Positions 32,702 to 43,149 of a DNA stretch of 64,000 nucleotides are shown here, piece by piece; the stretch's first letter is position 1, and each line of letters starts with the position of its first letter. A program made the translations under genes and the position numbers. The DNA comes from an uncultured delta proteobacterium (lineage in GTDB: Bacteria > Myxococcota_A > Polyangia > Palsa-1104), in NCBI GenBank assembly GCA_963785725.1, contig CAWAWS010000039.1:128001-192000 (forward strand), written 5' to 3'. Under the pieces are notes generated by a model that made no database searches, had not been told where the DNA came from, and saw only the letters and a list, made by a program, of their open reading frames with translations.

Positions 32702-34393
32702 CTACTGCAGTGGCTCTTTGGCGAGCGCCGCGGCGGCTTCGGCGGCAAAGCGCTTGCACTCGGTCTTGCCTTCGCCGGCGATCTTGAAGCTGTCGGCGTG
32801 CACCGTGCGGTCGTCGACGACGCCGCTGACGAACAGGTTCGCCGTGCCGCCCGCGACGTTGCCGTAGACGACCCAGCGCGCCCCGACGGCGAGGCCAATT
32901 CGCCGCGCCATCATCCGGTCGAGCGCGCCGTTCGTCTGCGCCTCGAGCGTATCCAAGCTCGCCGGTGGGACGATCGGCACGCGAAAGCGCTGCAGCTCGT
33001 CGGGCAGGCACCACTCGAGCTGACGCGCTTGCTGCTGATCGTCCGGCGCGGCCGATGCCGACAGCGCCAGCACGGCCAGGCCGCTCGCCGTGGGGTGAGC
33101 AACCATCGGCGGCTTCTTCGTCACGCGCCACCACACGACGGCGACGCCGAAGAGGCCGACCGCGATGCCGGCGAGCAGCGTGTAAATCCACGACGCGCGC
33201 GGTGCCGCAGCCGAGCCGGCGCCGCTCGTCCCATTGCCGCTCGCCAAAGGTGCCATCGCCTTTGGTAAGGGCAAGTTGCGTGCCCCGCTCAGCGCCGGCC
33301 GCTTCCACGGCGCCGACGCCCGCGCCGCGATGCGCGCCGCCGACGGAATCGACAGCTTGACGCGCGCGTCCGGCCGCTGCAGCGGGCGCGCCGCCGGATC
33401 GCCGTACAAGACGTAGGAAGCCCAGGCCAACGCCGCTTCGCCGGCCTCTTTGACGACGGCGCCGCGGGCGTGCCGGACCGCGGCGCCGATCGCTTTGCCG
33501 TCGGCCAATTCGCGATAGAGCGCCGCCGCGAAGAGCGCCGACTGACCGTCGACGACTTCCCACTGCGTTCCGATGTAGTGGCGCACGCCGGCCGTCAAAA
33601 GAGCGTTGGCGAGGCCGAAGACGCGATCGTCGTCGCCGTTCCAGGCGGCGGTGTGGCCCGATTGGCAGGCGTTGCCGAAGACGATCATCGGCATCGGGCG
33701 ACCGCCGCCCAGCTTGGCGAGCTCGTCGGCGGTCAGCTTGCCGTCGGCCAAGAGCCAGCCGCTGGCGCTCGGATCGGCGGCGACCCAGTCGGCGTGGCCG
33801 GCGAAGTGCACGACGTCGTAGTCCTTGAAGTAGCGCAGCGCGAAGGCGCGGTCGGGCGCGTTCGACAGCCGCGCGTGCACCGTCGGATGACGCTCGAGCT
33901 CGGCGAGGATCGCGTCACCTTCGGCGCGCACGTCGGGCAGGTCGCCGCGCGGATCGGCGGCCATGACGAGGACGCGCACCGGCGTGCCGACGGAGCGCCG
34001 CTCGTCGCCGCGGCGCGGCTGGCGCGTCGCCACGTGGCGGCCGATGGACAGCCGGCGACAGAGGAACTGCGCGCCATCGAACAGCAGCTCCCACGGCACC
34101 GCCACCAGCGCCTCGTCGAGCTCCAGCGTCAACGTATCGCCGCGCAGGAGCTCCCGCTGAATCTCCGGCGGAATCAGCGTGCGCCACAAGGTCTCGCCGT
34201 GATGGCGCAGATCGGCGAGGTTCTGCGCGGTCAGCGTGCGCGCGCGATTGCCGCGGGCCAGGCCGTCGACGATGGCGCGCGAGGTCGCCGCCGTCGCCGC
34301 GGCGTCGTAGGGCAGCTCGATCTTGCGCGACAGCGTGTCGCCGGCGAAGGTCACGCTCAGCGTCGCGCCGCTCGTCGTCAGCGTCAGCCTCAC
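32702..34393 (-). CDS. CHAT (caspase-like) domain protein with C-terminal TM and extracytoplasmic domain
   Basis: VPWELL, YDVVHFAGH, FGNACQSG, GLANALLTAG, WASYVLYGDP; TM IYTLLAGIAVGLFGVAVVWW; GTGA overlap with folK. Confidence 0.85.
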   Translation of the reverse strand: MRLTLTTSGATLSVTFAGDTLSRKIELPYDAAATAATSRAIVDGLARGNRARTLTAQNLADLRHHGETLWRTLIPPEIQRELLRGDTLTLELDEALVAVPWELLFDGAQFLCRRLSIGRHVATRQPRRGDERRSVGTPVRVLVMAADPRGDLPDVRAEGDAILAELERHPTVHARLSNAPDRAFALRYFKDYDVVHFAGHADWVAADPSASGWLLADGKLTADELAKLGGGRPMPMIVFGNACQSGHTAAWNGDDDRVFGLANALLTAGVRHYIGTQWEVVDGQSALFAAALYRELADGKAIGAAVRHARGAVVKEAGEAALAWASYVLYGDPAARPLQRPDARVKLSIPSAARIAARASAPWKRPALSGARNLPLPKAMAPLASGNGTSGAGSAAAPRASWIYTLLAGIAVGLFGVAVVWWRVTKKPPMVAHPTASGLAVLALSASAAPDDQQQARQLEWCLPDELQRFRVPIVPPASLDTLEAQTNGALDRMMARRIGLAVGARWVVYGNVAGGTANLFVSGVVDDRTVHADSFKIAGEGKTECKRFAAEAAAALAKEPLQ

Positions 34394-34896
34394 GCGAGCG
34401 CGTCGGCGGTCGGCGTCCACGCTTGGCCGGCCGCGCGCGCGGCGGCGACGAGCGCCACCAGCGGCCGCTGCAGCTCGGGATGCACGAGCGTCGCGTCGAG
34501 GTCGACGAGCGGCTGAAGGGCGAAGCCGCGCTCGTGCAAGCGCGGATGCGGCAGCCGCAACGTCGGCGCGTCGACGATCACCTCGCCCGCGGCGCCGGCG
34601 AGCAGCAGATCGACGTCGAGCGTGCGCGGACCCCAATGCTGCTCGCGGCTGCGATCGCGCCCGCCCGCCGCTTCGATGCGCTGCGTTTCGCGGAGTAAAT
34701 CGAGCGGCGTCAGCGCGCTGTCGAGCGTCACGGCGGCGTTCAAGAAGCTCGGCTGATCGCGCACACCGAGCGGCGCCGACTCGTAGACGCGCGAGCGCGC
34801 CTGCACGTGCCCGACGGCTTCGAGCGCGCGCACCGCCCGTCGCAGCGTGTCCAGGCGATCGCCGACATTGGCGCCCAGCCCGAGGAAATAGCGCAC
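34390..34896 (-). CDS. folK: 2-amino-4-hydroxy-6-hydroxymethyldihydropteridine diphosphokinase
   Basis: LGLGANVGD, QPSFLNA, WGPRTLDVDLL, LPHPRLHERGF. Confidence 0.95.
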   Translation of the reverse strand: MRYFLGLGANVGDRLDTLRRAVRALEAVGHVQARSRVYESAPLGVRDQPSFLNAAVTLDSALTPLDLLRETQRIEAAGGRDRSREQHWGPRTLDVDLLLAGAAGEVIVDAPTLRLPHPRLHERGFALQPLVDLDATLVHPELQRPLVALVAAARAAGQAWTPTADALA

Positions 34897-34926
34897 GCTT
34901 TGACGTTAGCACGCGGATGTCGCAGG

Positions 34927-35751
34927 ATGCGCCCAATGTTGCGACTGCTCGCGGTCACCACCCTCGTCGGCATGACGACGACGCTCGGGGTGCTGCCGAT
35001 CTTGGTGACCCGCGAGGTCTCGCGCCGCGCCTACGACATCATGCTCGGCCTCGGCGCCGGCTTGATGCTGACGGCAGCGACGCTGGGCCTGCTGCCGGAA
35101 TCCTTGGCGTCGGTGCGCGTCGACGGCGTGCTGCGCTGGACGCATCTGGCGATTACGCTCGGCGGCTTCGGCTTCGGCGTGGCGCTGTTGTCGCTGCTCG
35201 ATCGGCTGATTCCGCATTCGCACGCCGGCGGTCATCGCGAGCACGTGCACGGCCACGACGACGCGCACGCGCACTGCGCGCACACGACGGCGCACGATCG
35301 CGCGCGGCATCAAGGCATGCTCATCGTCGGCGCCATGACGCTGCATCGGCTGCCCGAAGGTTTCGCCATCGGCGCCGGCTTCGCCGACACGGCGACGGTG
35401 CCGCTCGGCGTCATGCTCGCCGTCGCCGTCGGCCTGCAGAACGCCATCGAAGGCGCGGTCATGGCGGCGCCGCTCAAGCGCGGCGGGCTCGGTCGTGGCC
35501 GCTTGGTGGCGCTCGTGGCCGCCAGCGGGCTCAGCGTGCCGGTCGCGGCTGTCGTCGGCAGCTACCTGGCGCGCCTGATCACGGGCGCGCTGCCGTTCAT
35601 GCTCGCCGTCGGTGCCGGCGCGTTGTTGTACCTGACGTGCAACGAGATCATCCCCGAGTCGCACAGCCACGGCAACGAGAAGGGCGCGACGTTCGGCCTG
35701 CTCGCCGGCGTCGTCGTGATCATTTTGGTGCGGGTGCTCGTCGGCGGATGA
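34927..35751 (+). CDS. ZIP/ZupT (GufA-like) metal transporter
   Basis: GAGLML, His-rich loop, LHRLPEG, LQNAIEG, GAGALLY..EIIPE. Confidence 0.9.
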   Translation: MRPMLRLLAVTTLVGMTTTLGVLPILVTREVSRRAYDIMLGLGAGLMLTAATLGLLPESLASVRVDGVLRWTHLAITLGGFGFGVALLSLLDRLIPHSHAGGHREHVHGHDDAHAHCAHTTAHDRARHQGMLIVGAMTLHRLPEGFAIGAGFADTATVPLGVMLAVAVGLQNAIEGAVMAAPLKRGGLGRGRLVALVAASGLSVPVAAVVGSYLARLITGALPFMLAVGAGALLYLTCNEIIPESHSHGNEKGATFGLLAGVVVIILVRVLVGG

Positions 35752-37411
35752 AGCGGCCGGGCGTCGCGCCCGTCGGCTCGCCGTCGTGCAAGACGGCGAC
35801 GCCGTTGACCCACACGTCGCGCACACCCTCGGAATAGGCGTGCGGCTTCACGTAGGTCGCGCGATCGACGACTTTGGCCGGGTCGAAGACGACCACGTCG
35901 GCGAAGTAGCCGGCGGCCAGCTGTCCGCGCCGCTCGAGGTGTAAGCGCTCGGCCGCCAAGCCGCTCAGTCGATGGATGACGCTGGCGAGCGGCGCGGCGT
36001 GCGCGTCGCGGACGTAGTGGCCGAGCAGCTTGGCGACGTTGCCGTAGGCGCGCGGATGCACCGAGCCGTGCGCGCTGGCGACGGCGCGCGTGTCCGAGTC
36101 GCTGCCGAAGGTCATCCACGGCAAGCCGACTTCGCGCTGCACGTTGGCCTCGTTCATGAGGAAATAGATGACCTGCGCGCGCGAGCCGTCCTCGACGACC
36201 AGATCCATCGCCGTCTCCGCCGCCGATTTGCCGCGCGCTTTGGCCACTTCGGCGAGCGTCTTGCCGATGAGCGGCTGCAGCGACTTGGCGTGAAACCCCG
36301 TCAGCAGCATGCCGTCGGGGCCGGCGCCGGCGAAGAAGTTGTCCCACTCCGTCGTCGTCGACTCCATCTCGGCGGCACAACGCGCGCGCGCCGCCGGATC
36401 GCGCAGGCGCTTGAGCCACGCGGCAGTGCCGCCGTCGCGAATCCACGGCGGCATCGCGGCATCGAGCCCCGTCGACGCCGCTTCGTAGACGTACATATCG
36501 GCGCCGACGTCGACGCCCGCTTGCCGCGCCGCCTCGACGTGGGCGATGGCGTCGTCGAGCTTGCCCCAGTTGGCTTTGCCGGCCTGCTTGAAGTGGTAGA
36601 TCTCGACGGGAACGTGGGCGCTCTTGGCGATGGTGACCATCTCGTCGATGGCCTCGATGAGCTTGTCGCCTTCGTTGCGGATGTGCGCGGCGTAGATGCC
36701 GTCGTGGGCGGAGGCTTCGGCGGCGAGCGCGACCAGCTCGTCGGTCGTAAAGGCCGTGTCGGGCGTGTAGATCAGCGCCGACGTCAGGCCGAGCGCGCCT
36801 TCGTCCATCGCCTTGGCCACGACCGCGCGCATGCGCTGCACTTCGACCGCCGTCGGATGCGCGCCCGGCTTTAGGCTCATCGACTGCGCGCGCGCCTGTG
36901 ATGACGCCACGAGCCCGGCGATGTTGAGGCTGATGCCTTGATCGGCCAGCGCCTGCATCTTCTGCCCGAACGGATGCGGCGAGGTCTCGCCCAGCACTTC
37001 CAGCGTCACGCCTTGGCGCAGATCGCTCTGCCCGGTGCCGTCGAAGGCCAAGGATTCGTAGGCGTGTGACAACATGTTGATGAAGCCGGGCGCGACGGCG
37101 AGGCCGTGCACGTCGACGATCGTCTTGCCGAGCGCGAACGGCCCGACGCTGGCGATGGTGTCGCCGTCGATGGCGACGTCGCCGACGAACGGCGGCTTGC
37201 CCGTGCCGTCGTAGACGTTGCCGCCGCGCAAGACCAGCTCGTGCACGACTTTGTCGTTGGCGGCGGCCGCCGTCGTCGCGGCGGCCGCCGAAGCTGAGTC
37301 GCGCAGCGGCGTCACGAGCGCGCGCGAGCTGGCCGCCGGTGCGGGCGGCGACGTGCAGCCCGCCGCAGCGATGGCGACGAGGGCGAAACCGGTCGCGAAT
37401 TTTGCGATCAT
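35720..37411 (-). CDS. N-acyl-D-amino-acid deacylase family amidohydrolase with lipoprotein signal
   Basis: AIAAAGC lipobox, VAPGFINMLSH, QGVTLEVLGE, HIRNEG, HPRAYG, ADVVVFD. Confidence 0.9.
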   Translation of the reverse strand: MIAKFATGFALVAIAAAGCTSPPAPAASSRALVTPLRDSASAAAATTAAAANDKVVHELVLRGGNVYDGTGKPPFVGDVAIDGDTIASVGPFALGKTIVDVHGLAVAPGFINMLSHAYESLAFDGTGQSDLRQGVTLEVLGETSPHPFGQKMQALADQGISLNIAGLVASSQARAQSMSLKPGAHPTAVEVQRMRAVVAKAMDEGALGLTSALIYTPDTAFTTDELVALAAEASAHDGIYAAHIRNEGDKLIEAIDEMVTIAKSAHVPVEIYHFKQAGKANWGKLDDAIAHVEAARQAGVDVGADMYVYEAASTGLDAAMPPWIRDGGTAAWLKRLRDPAARARCAAEMESTTTEWDNFFAGAGPDGMLLTGFHAKSLQPLIGKTLAEVAKARGKSAAETAMDLVVEDGSRAQVIYFLMNEANVQREVGLPWMTFGSDSDTRAVASAHGSVHPRAYGNVAKLLGHYVRDAHAAPLASVIHRLSGLAAERLHLERRGQLAAGYFADVVVFDPAKVVDRATYVKPHAYSEGVRDVWVNGVAVLHDGEPTGATPGRFIRRRAPAPK

Positions 37412-37476
37412 GACGGCCGGTTCCTCGCTTGTGCGGGCCGTCGATGATAATCGACGCCGCGCGCTCGTCGATTGCG

Positions 37477-38640
37477 TCAGACTCCGGCGCGCTGGACTCG
37501 CGCCGCCGCTTCCGCCAGCCGCGCCTCGTCGGCGCACAACGTCAGCCGCACGTAGCCTTCGCCGTGCGCGCCGAAGCCCGTCGCCGGCGTCGACACCACG
37601 CCGGCGTCGAGCAGCTTGGACACGAAGTCCGCCGACGACACGCCCTTCGGGTTGGCGACGAGCACGTAGAACGTCGCCTTCGGCGCCAGCACCTCGAAGC
37701 CGGCGCGCGACAAGCCGCCGCACAACACTTCGCGCCGCTTCTTGTAGATGGCGCGCATCTCGGCCACGCAATCCTGCGGCGACGACAGCGCGGCGACGGC
37801 CGCCGCCTGCACGGCCTCGAACGCGCCCGAGTCGGTGTTGGTCTTGACCTTGCCGAGCCCTTGCACGAGCTCGCTGTTGCCGACGGCGAAGCCGACGCGC
37901 CAGCCGGTCATGTTGTACGTCTTCGACAGCGACTGGAACTCGATGCCGACCTCTTTGGCGCCCGGCAGCTCGAGGAACGAGATCGGCGGCTCACCCTCGA
38001 AGAAGATCTCGGAATAGGCGACGTCGCTGGCGACGATGATGTCGTGCTTGTGCGCGAACTCGACGACGCGCTGGTAGAAGTCGCGCGTGGCCAGCGCCGC
38101 CGTCGGGTTGTTCGGATAGTTGATCCACATCATCTTGGCGCGCTTGGCCACGTCGACGGGGATCGCCTCCAAGTCGGGCAAGAAGCCGTTGCCGCGCAGA
38201 AGCGGCATGTAGTGCACGACGCCGCCGACGAAGCGCGTCCACGTCGCGTACACGGGATAGCCGGGATCGGGCACGAGCACGGTGTCGCCGGGATCGACGA
38301 ACGCGACCGGGAAGTGCGCGATGCCCTCTTTGGAGCCGATGAGCGCGCAGCATTCCTTGGCCGCGTCGAGGCTGACGCCGAAGCGCTTGCCGTACCAGCC
38401 GACGGCGGCCTCGCGGAACTCCTTCATGCCCTCGTACGACGGATAGCGATGGTAGCGCGGCTCGGCGGCGGCCTTCTGCAGCGCGGCCACGATGTGCGCC
38501 GGCGTCGGCAAGTCGGGATCGCCGATGCCGAGGTCGATGAGATCCTTGCCTTGCGCGCGCAGCGCCGCCTTCTTCTTGTCGATGTCGGCGAACAGATAGG
38601 GCGGCAATTCCTTGATTCGTTGCGCGAGGCTAAAGCTCAT
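37477..38640 (-). CDS. LL-diaminopimelate aminotransferase-like class I/II aminotransferase
   Basis: LPPYLFA, DLGIGDPD, IGSKEG, NYPNNPT, DVAY, SLSKTYNMTGWRVG. Confidence 0.9.
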   Translation of the reverse strand: MSFSLAQRIKELPPYLFADIDKKKAALRAQGKDLIDLGIGDPDLPTPAHIVAALQKAAAEPRYHRYPSYEGMKEFREAAVGWYGKRFGVSLDAAKECCALIGSKEGIAHFPVAFVDPGDTVLVPDPGYPVYATWTRFVGGVVHYMPLLRGNGFLPDLEAIPVDVAKRAKMMWINYPNNPTAALATRDFYQRVVEFAHKHDIIVASDVAYSEIFFEGEPPISFLELPGAKEVGIEFQSLSKTYNMTGWRVGFAVGNSELVQGLGKVKTNTDSGAFEAVQAAAVAALSSPQDCVAEMRAIYKKRREVLCGGLSRAGFEVLAPKATFYVLVANPKGVSSADFVSKLLDAGVVSTPATGFGAHGEGYVRLTLCADEARLAEAAARVQRAGV

Positions 38641-39289
38641 TCCGCTTCCTCCACGACGGGATTGGACAAGGTACCGATGCCTTGCGATTTCGATTTCTAC
38701 GACATTGTCCCGGCTGAGATCGGGCCGACGCCGGCGGGCGTTCCCGTCGTGATGAGGTCGCCGGGCTCGAGGGTCATGACGCGCGAGATGACCTCGATCA
38801 GCGTCGGAATGTCGAAGATCATGTCGCTGACGAGGCCGTCCTGCTTGACGACGCCGTCGACGCGGGTGACGACGCGCAGCTTGGCCGGATCGAGGTCGGT
38901 GACGAGGGCCGGACCGACGGGACAGAAGCTGTCGAAGCCTTTGGCGCGCGTAAATTGGCCGTCCTTCTTCTGCAGATCGCGGACGGTGACGTCGTTGACG
39001 ATGGTGTAGCCGAAGACGTAATCCATCGCGCGTGCGCCTTGCCGACGCGACGGCAGCGCGGCCGATGACGACGCCGAGCTCGCCCTCGAAGTCGACGCGC
39101 CAAGTGCCGCGCGGCCTGCACGATCGGCTCGCCCGAGGCCACGATCGACGACGGCGGCTTGAAGAACAGCAGCGGCTCGTCGGGAATGGCGTTGTCGAGC
39201 TCTTTGGCGTGGTCGCGGTAGTTGCGGCCGACACCGATGATCTTGCCCGGGGCCCGAATGGGCGCGCCGAAAGGATAGGAGAGGCGCAT
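38637..39289 (-). CDS. Fumarylacetoacetate hydrolase family protein, several frameshifts
   Basis: Pieces in three frames: KIIGVGRNY..H..E, FFKPPSS; DFEGELGVVIG; GYTIVNDVT.RD, KGFDSFCPVG, TGTPAGVG. Confidence 0.85.
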
Positions 39290-39323
39290 GGCTTGCGCTT
39301 ATAGCACGTGATAAATTCGCCGT

Positions 39324-41256
39324 ATGCCGCAACCTGCGGTGCTCCACATCATCGGGGGCAACGATCGAGGGAAAGCGTACGAGCTGGTTCTGCCGGAGAC
39401 GCGCATCGGACGCGGCGCCGATCAAGATCTCGTGCTCGCCGACATCGCCGTCTCGCGTCGCCACATCACGATTCATGCGGAATTGGGCCGTTATCGGCTG
39501 CAAGATCTCGGCTCCGGCAACGGCACCTTGCTCAACGGCACGCGCATCGACAGCGTCGTCTTGAACGACGGCGATCAGGTCGAGCTTGGCAATACGTTGA
39601 TGCGGTTCGATCATCAGCCGTCGCGGCAGCCGAGCTTGTCGGGGCAGGCGGCGATCGGTCCGCCACCGCCGGCGCCGCCGCCGCCCTATCCGTCGGTGTC
39701 GGCGCCGCCGTCGCACCCGAGTGGGAACGGCAACTACACACCGCAGCCGCCGCCGATGCAGTCGGCCGGCTACGGCGCGGCCAACGGCGACACGCCGTCG
39801 CAAGTGCAGTCCGTCGGCACGGGCGCGGCGCGGCCGATGGTGCCGCTGCTGCACGCCGAGACGATGCCGCTGCCGGCCGCGCTGGCGCCGCTCGGCGTCG
39901 CCAACAATCGGCTCATCGCCTTCGGCATCATGGGCTTCTTGTCGCTGACGTCGATCATCGTCATCATCACGAAGTCGGCATTTTCGAAGCCGATCATCGT
40001 CGCCAGCGACACCGAGGAGCTCTATCGCCAGGGCCTGAAGCTCTTCGCGGCCAAGGATTACGAAGGCGCCAAGCTCGCCTTCACCGACGCGCTCACGTCC
40101 GCGCCCGAGTCGAGCGAGGTCAAGCACTACATCGTCGCCTGCGACACCGAAGTGCACGCGCGCGGCGCCATGCAAGCGGCCGAGCGCGCGGCGGCGAGCC
40201 ATCGCTACGCCGAGGCGGTCAAGGCGCTCGACGCCGTCGACTCCGACGCGCTCGTGCACGACGACGCGATTCGGCGGCGCAAGGAGCTGGCGCCGAAAGC
40301 GGCGGCCGATGACGTCGAAGAGGCGCGCGGGCTGCAGACCGAAGATCCCGACACGGCGCGGGCGCGGTTGACGCAGGCGCTGGCGCTCGATCCGGGCAAT
40401 CCCGACGCGCGAGCGCTGGCGGGCAAGCTGCACGTCGACTTGCCGCCGCTGCCGGCGAACACGGTGGTGACGACGCCGTTCGAGCAGCCGACGCCGCCGG
40501 TGGTCGCGCCGGCGCCGATCGTGCCGGTGGCCAAAGAGCCGCCGCCGGTGAAGGTGGCGCCGGTCAAAGCCGCGCCACCGTCGAAGAAGGGCAAGGCTGC
40601 GGCGCGCGACGACGACGACTTCGCGCCCGTCAAAGCGGGCAAAGGCAAAGAGGCGGCGGCGGCGAAGGAGGCCGCGCCGTCGGCGCAAGGCATGGCGGCG
40701 TACAAGGCGCGCGATTTCGCGACGGCCGAGCGCTTCTTCCGCATCGAGGCGCGCAATCAGCCGGTCAAGCAGATGGAGAAGACGATCGCGTTCGCCAACC
40801 AGGTGCGCGATTTGAAGGGCGTGGTCGATCGCGCCACGGCCGACGAGGCCAAGAGCCCGACGGCGGCGATCAAGGATTACGAGGACGCGATCGCCATCGA
40901 CGGCAAAGTCGGCAAGGGCATGCACGCGGCCTATTTCCGGCAGCGGATGGGCAAGCTGCAGCTGCCGGTGGCGCAGGCGGCGTTCGCGGCCGGTCGCTAC
41001 GAGGCGGCGTTCGCGGCGGCGCTGTCGGCGCAGCGCGCCGGCGCGGGCGACGGCGGCGTCTTGAAGGCGCTCGACAGCCAAGGCGAAGGAACTGACCGAC
41101 AAGGGCGTGGCCGTGCAAAAGACGCAGCCGGCGCAGGCGAAGACGTATTGGCGGCAGGTGATCAAGATGGTGCCGACGACGTCGCCGACGTATGTGCGCG
41201 CGTACGGGTTGATCAACCAGGCCGGCGGCGCGCACAAGGACGAAGACGAGGACTAG
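39324..41256 (+). CDS. FHA-domain membrane protein with Pro-rich linker and TPR-like helical region, frameshift near 41078
   Basis: IGRG..DLVL.D..VSRRH..DLGSGNGT FHA motif; TM; after a 1-nt shift it ends ...YWRQVIKMVP...HKDEDED*. Confidence 0.85.
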
Positions 41257-41350
41257 ATCGCGCGCGCGGCTCGTTTGATTGGGTGCGCGATTACTAGCGG
41301 TTTACGGCTCGGCGTGAGCGCGCGGGCGGGCTGTGCCCGCGCGCGCTCGC

Positions 41351-41474
41351 GCTCCGTCGCGCCGGCCATCGGCGGATCGCGCAACAGCAGTCGAGGGTTA
41401 TCGCGGGCTTGGTCTCGCAGCGCCGACGTTCGCCCCCAAGCGCACGTCACGCGACGAGCACAGGTTCGGCGTCG
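41351..41474 (+). repeat. Dispersed ~125-bp intergenic repeat, copy A
   Basis: Gap-free alignment with 62103-62226, about 94/124 identical by manual count. Confidence 0.85.
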
Positions 41475-41498
41475 GCGCACGCCACCGGAACGCCGACG

Positions 41499-42120
41499 TT
41501 ACGGCGCGCGCAGCTTCTGCCACGCCGGATGCCGCTCGATGAGCGCGAGCGCCTGCCGCGTCAGCGTCTTGCCCGGCTCGACGTGATACCAAGTCGACGC
41601 GCCCGACGGATGCGGCAGCGGGATGACGTCGATGGCACGTCGGCCGTGCTTCCACGCATGCGCCTTGCCGATCGTCTCCGCCAGCGGCGCGTCCGCCATG
41701 AAGCGCGCGATCGCCAGCTTGCCGACGGGCATCGATCAGCTCCGGCCGGCACAGCTCGAGCTCGCGATCGAGCCAGGGCGCGCAGTTGTCGATCTCCTCC
41801 GGCGACGGCACGCGGTCGCCGCCTTTGGGATTCTTGCCCGGGAAACAGCGACAAACAGCCGACATATAAACGCTGGCACGGAACGCTTCCTCGTCGAGCC
41901 CGATGCTGCCGAACCACTTGAACAGGTTGCGTCCGGCCGTCCACGCGAACGGCTTGCCGGCGATTGGCTCCTTGTCGCCCGGCGCTTGCCCGACCATCAG
42001 CACCGGCGACACCACCGGCCGACCCATCACGACCGGCTTGAACATCGACGGACAGCGCGTACACGCCGCCAGCTCCGCCTGATGCGCGACGACGAGCTTG
42101 CGCCGCTCGGCTTGATTCAC
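41499..42120 (-). CDS. Uracil-DNA glycosylase superfamily protein, frameshift near 41735
   Basis: CTRC, VGQAPG, VCRCFPG, PVGKLAI, LPHPSGAS. Confidence 0.88.
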
Positions 42121-43149
42121 GCGGGTTCTTGCTGCGTCATGCAGTGCAGCGTGCCCAGGCCCCACACGAGGTCGACGCAGTGGATGCCGACAATCTCGCG
42201 CGACGGAAACAGCTCGCCGAGGATACCGAGCGCGCGGCGATCGGCCGGATCATTGAACGTCGGCACGAGCACGACGTCGTTGGCGATGTAAAAGTTCGCG
42301 TAGCTCGCCGGCAAGCGCCGCCCTTCGAAGGCGAGCGCGCGCGGCATCGGCAGCTCGATGACGTCGAGCGTCCGCCCTTCGGCGTCGCGCGCGCCTTGCA
42401 GCCGCTCCCAGTTTTCCTCGAGCGCGCGATGGTTCTCGTCGCTGCCGTCGCGTTCGCGGCAGATGACCACGCGGCCGGGCGCGACGAAGCGCGCCAGGTC
42501 GTCGATGTGGCCGTGCGTGTCGTCGCCGGCGATGCCGCGGCCGAGCCAGACGACGTGCTCGACGCCGAGCTGCGCCCGCAACGTCGACTCGAGCTCCTCG
42601 CGTGACAGCTCGGGATTGCGCGCCTGCACCGCGTCCTGCAAGCACTCCTCGGTCGCCAAGCAGCGTGCCTTCGCCGTCGACGTCGACGGCGCCGCCTTCG
42701 AGCACGACCTGGCGTCCGCGCGCCTCGACTGTCACCGCTTGCACGCCGGCCGCATGCGCGATCGCCGGCGCCACCAGCGCGTCCAGCTGCCAATCGTCAT
42801 ACTTGGCCCAGGCGTTGAAATGCCAATGCGTCGCCAGCTTCTCGTTGCCGCGCTTGACGAACAGCGGCCCGGTGTCGCGCGTCCACGAGCGATTGGTCGC
42901 CACGCGCACGATGTCCCAGTTCGCCGCCGCGCCGACGAGCAGCAGCGTCTCGCGAATCTCCGCCTCGACGGCGTCGCTGGCTGCCAAGATGCGCACGCGC
43001 TCGTGCCGCGCCAAGTGGCGCACGAACTCGCCGTAGACCCAGCGAATGGGCGCGAATTTGCCCGGCCAGTCGCTCTCGTTGTGCGGCCACGCGATCCACG
43101 TCGCCGTATGCCGCGCCCACTCGCCCGGCATCATCGCCGAATTATTCAT
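42117..43149 (-). CDS. aguA: Agmatine deiminase family protein, frameshift near 42660
   Basis: MPGEW, WTRDTGP, FNAW, LEGG; DDTHGHID, ASYANF, GLGTLHCMTQQ. Confidence 0.92.
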
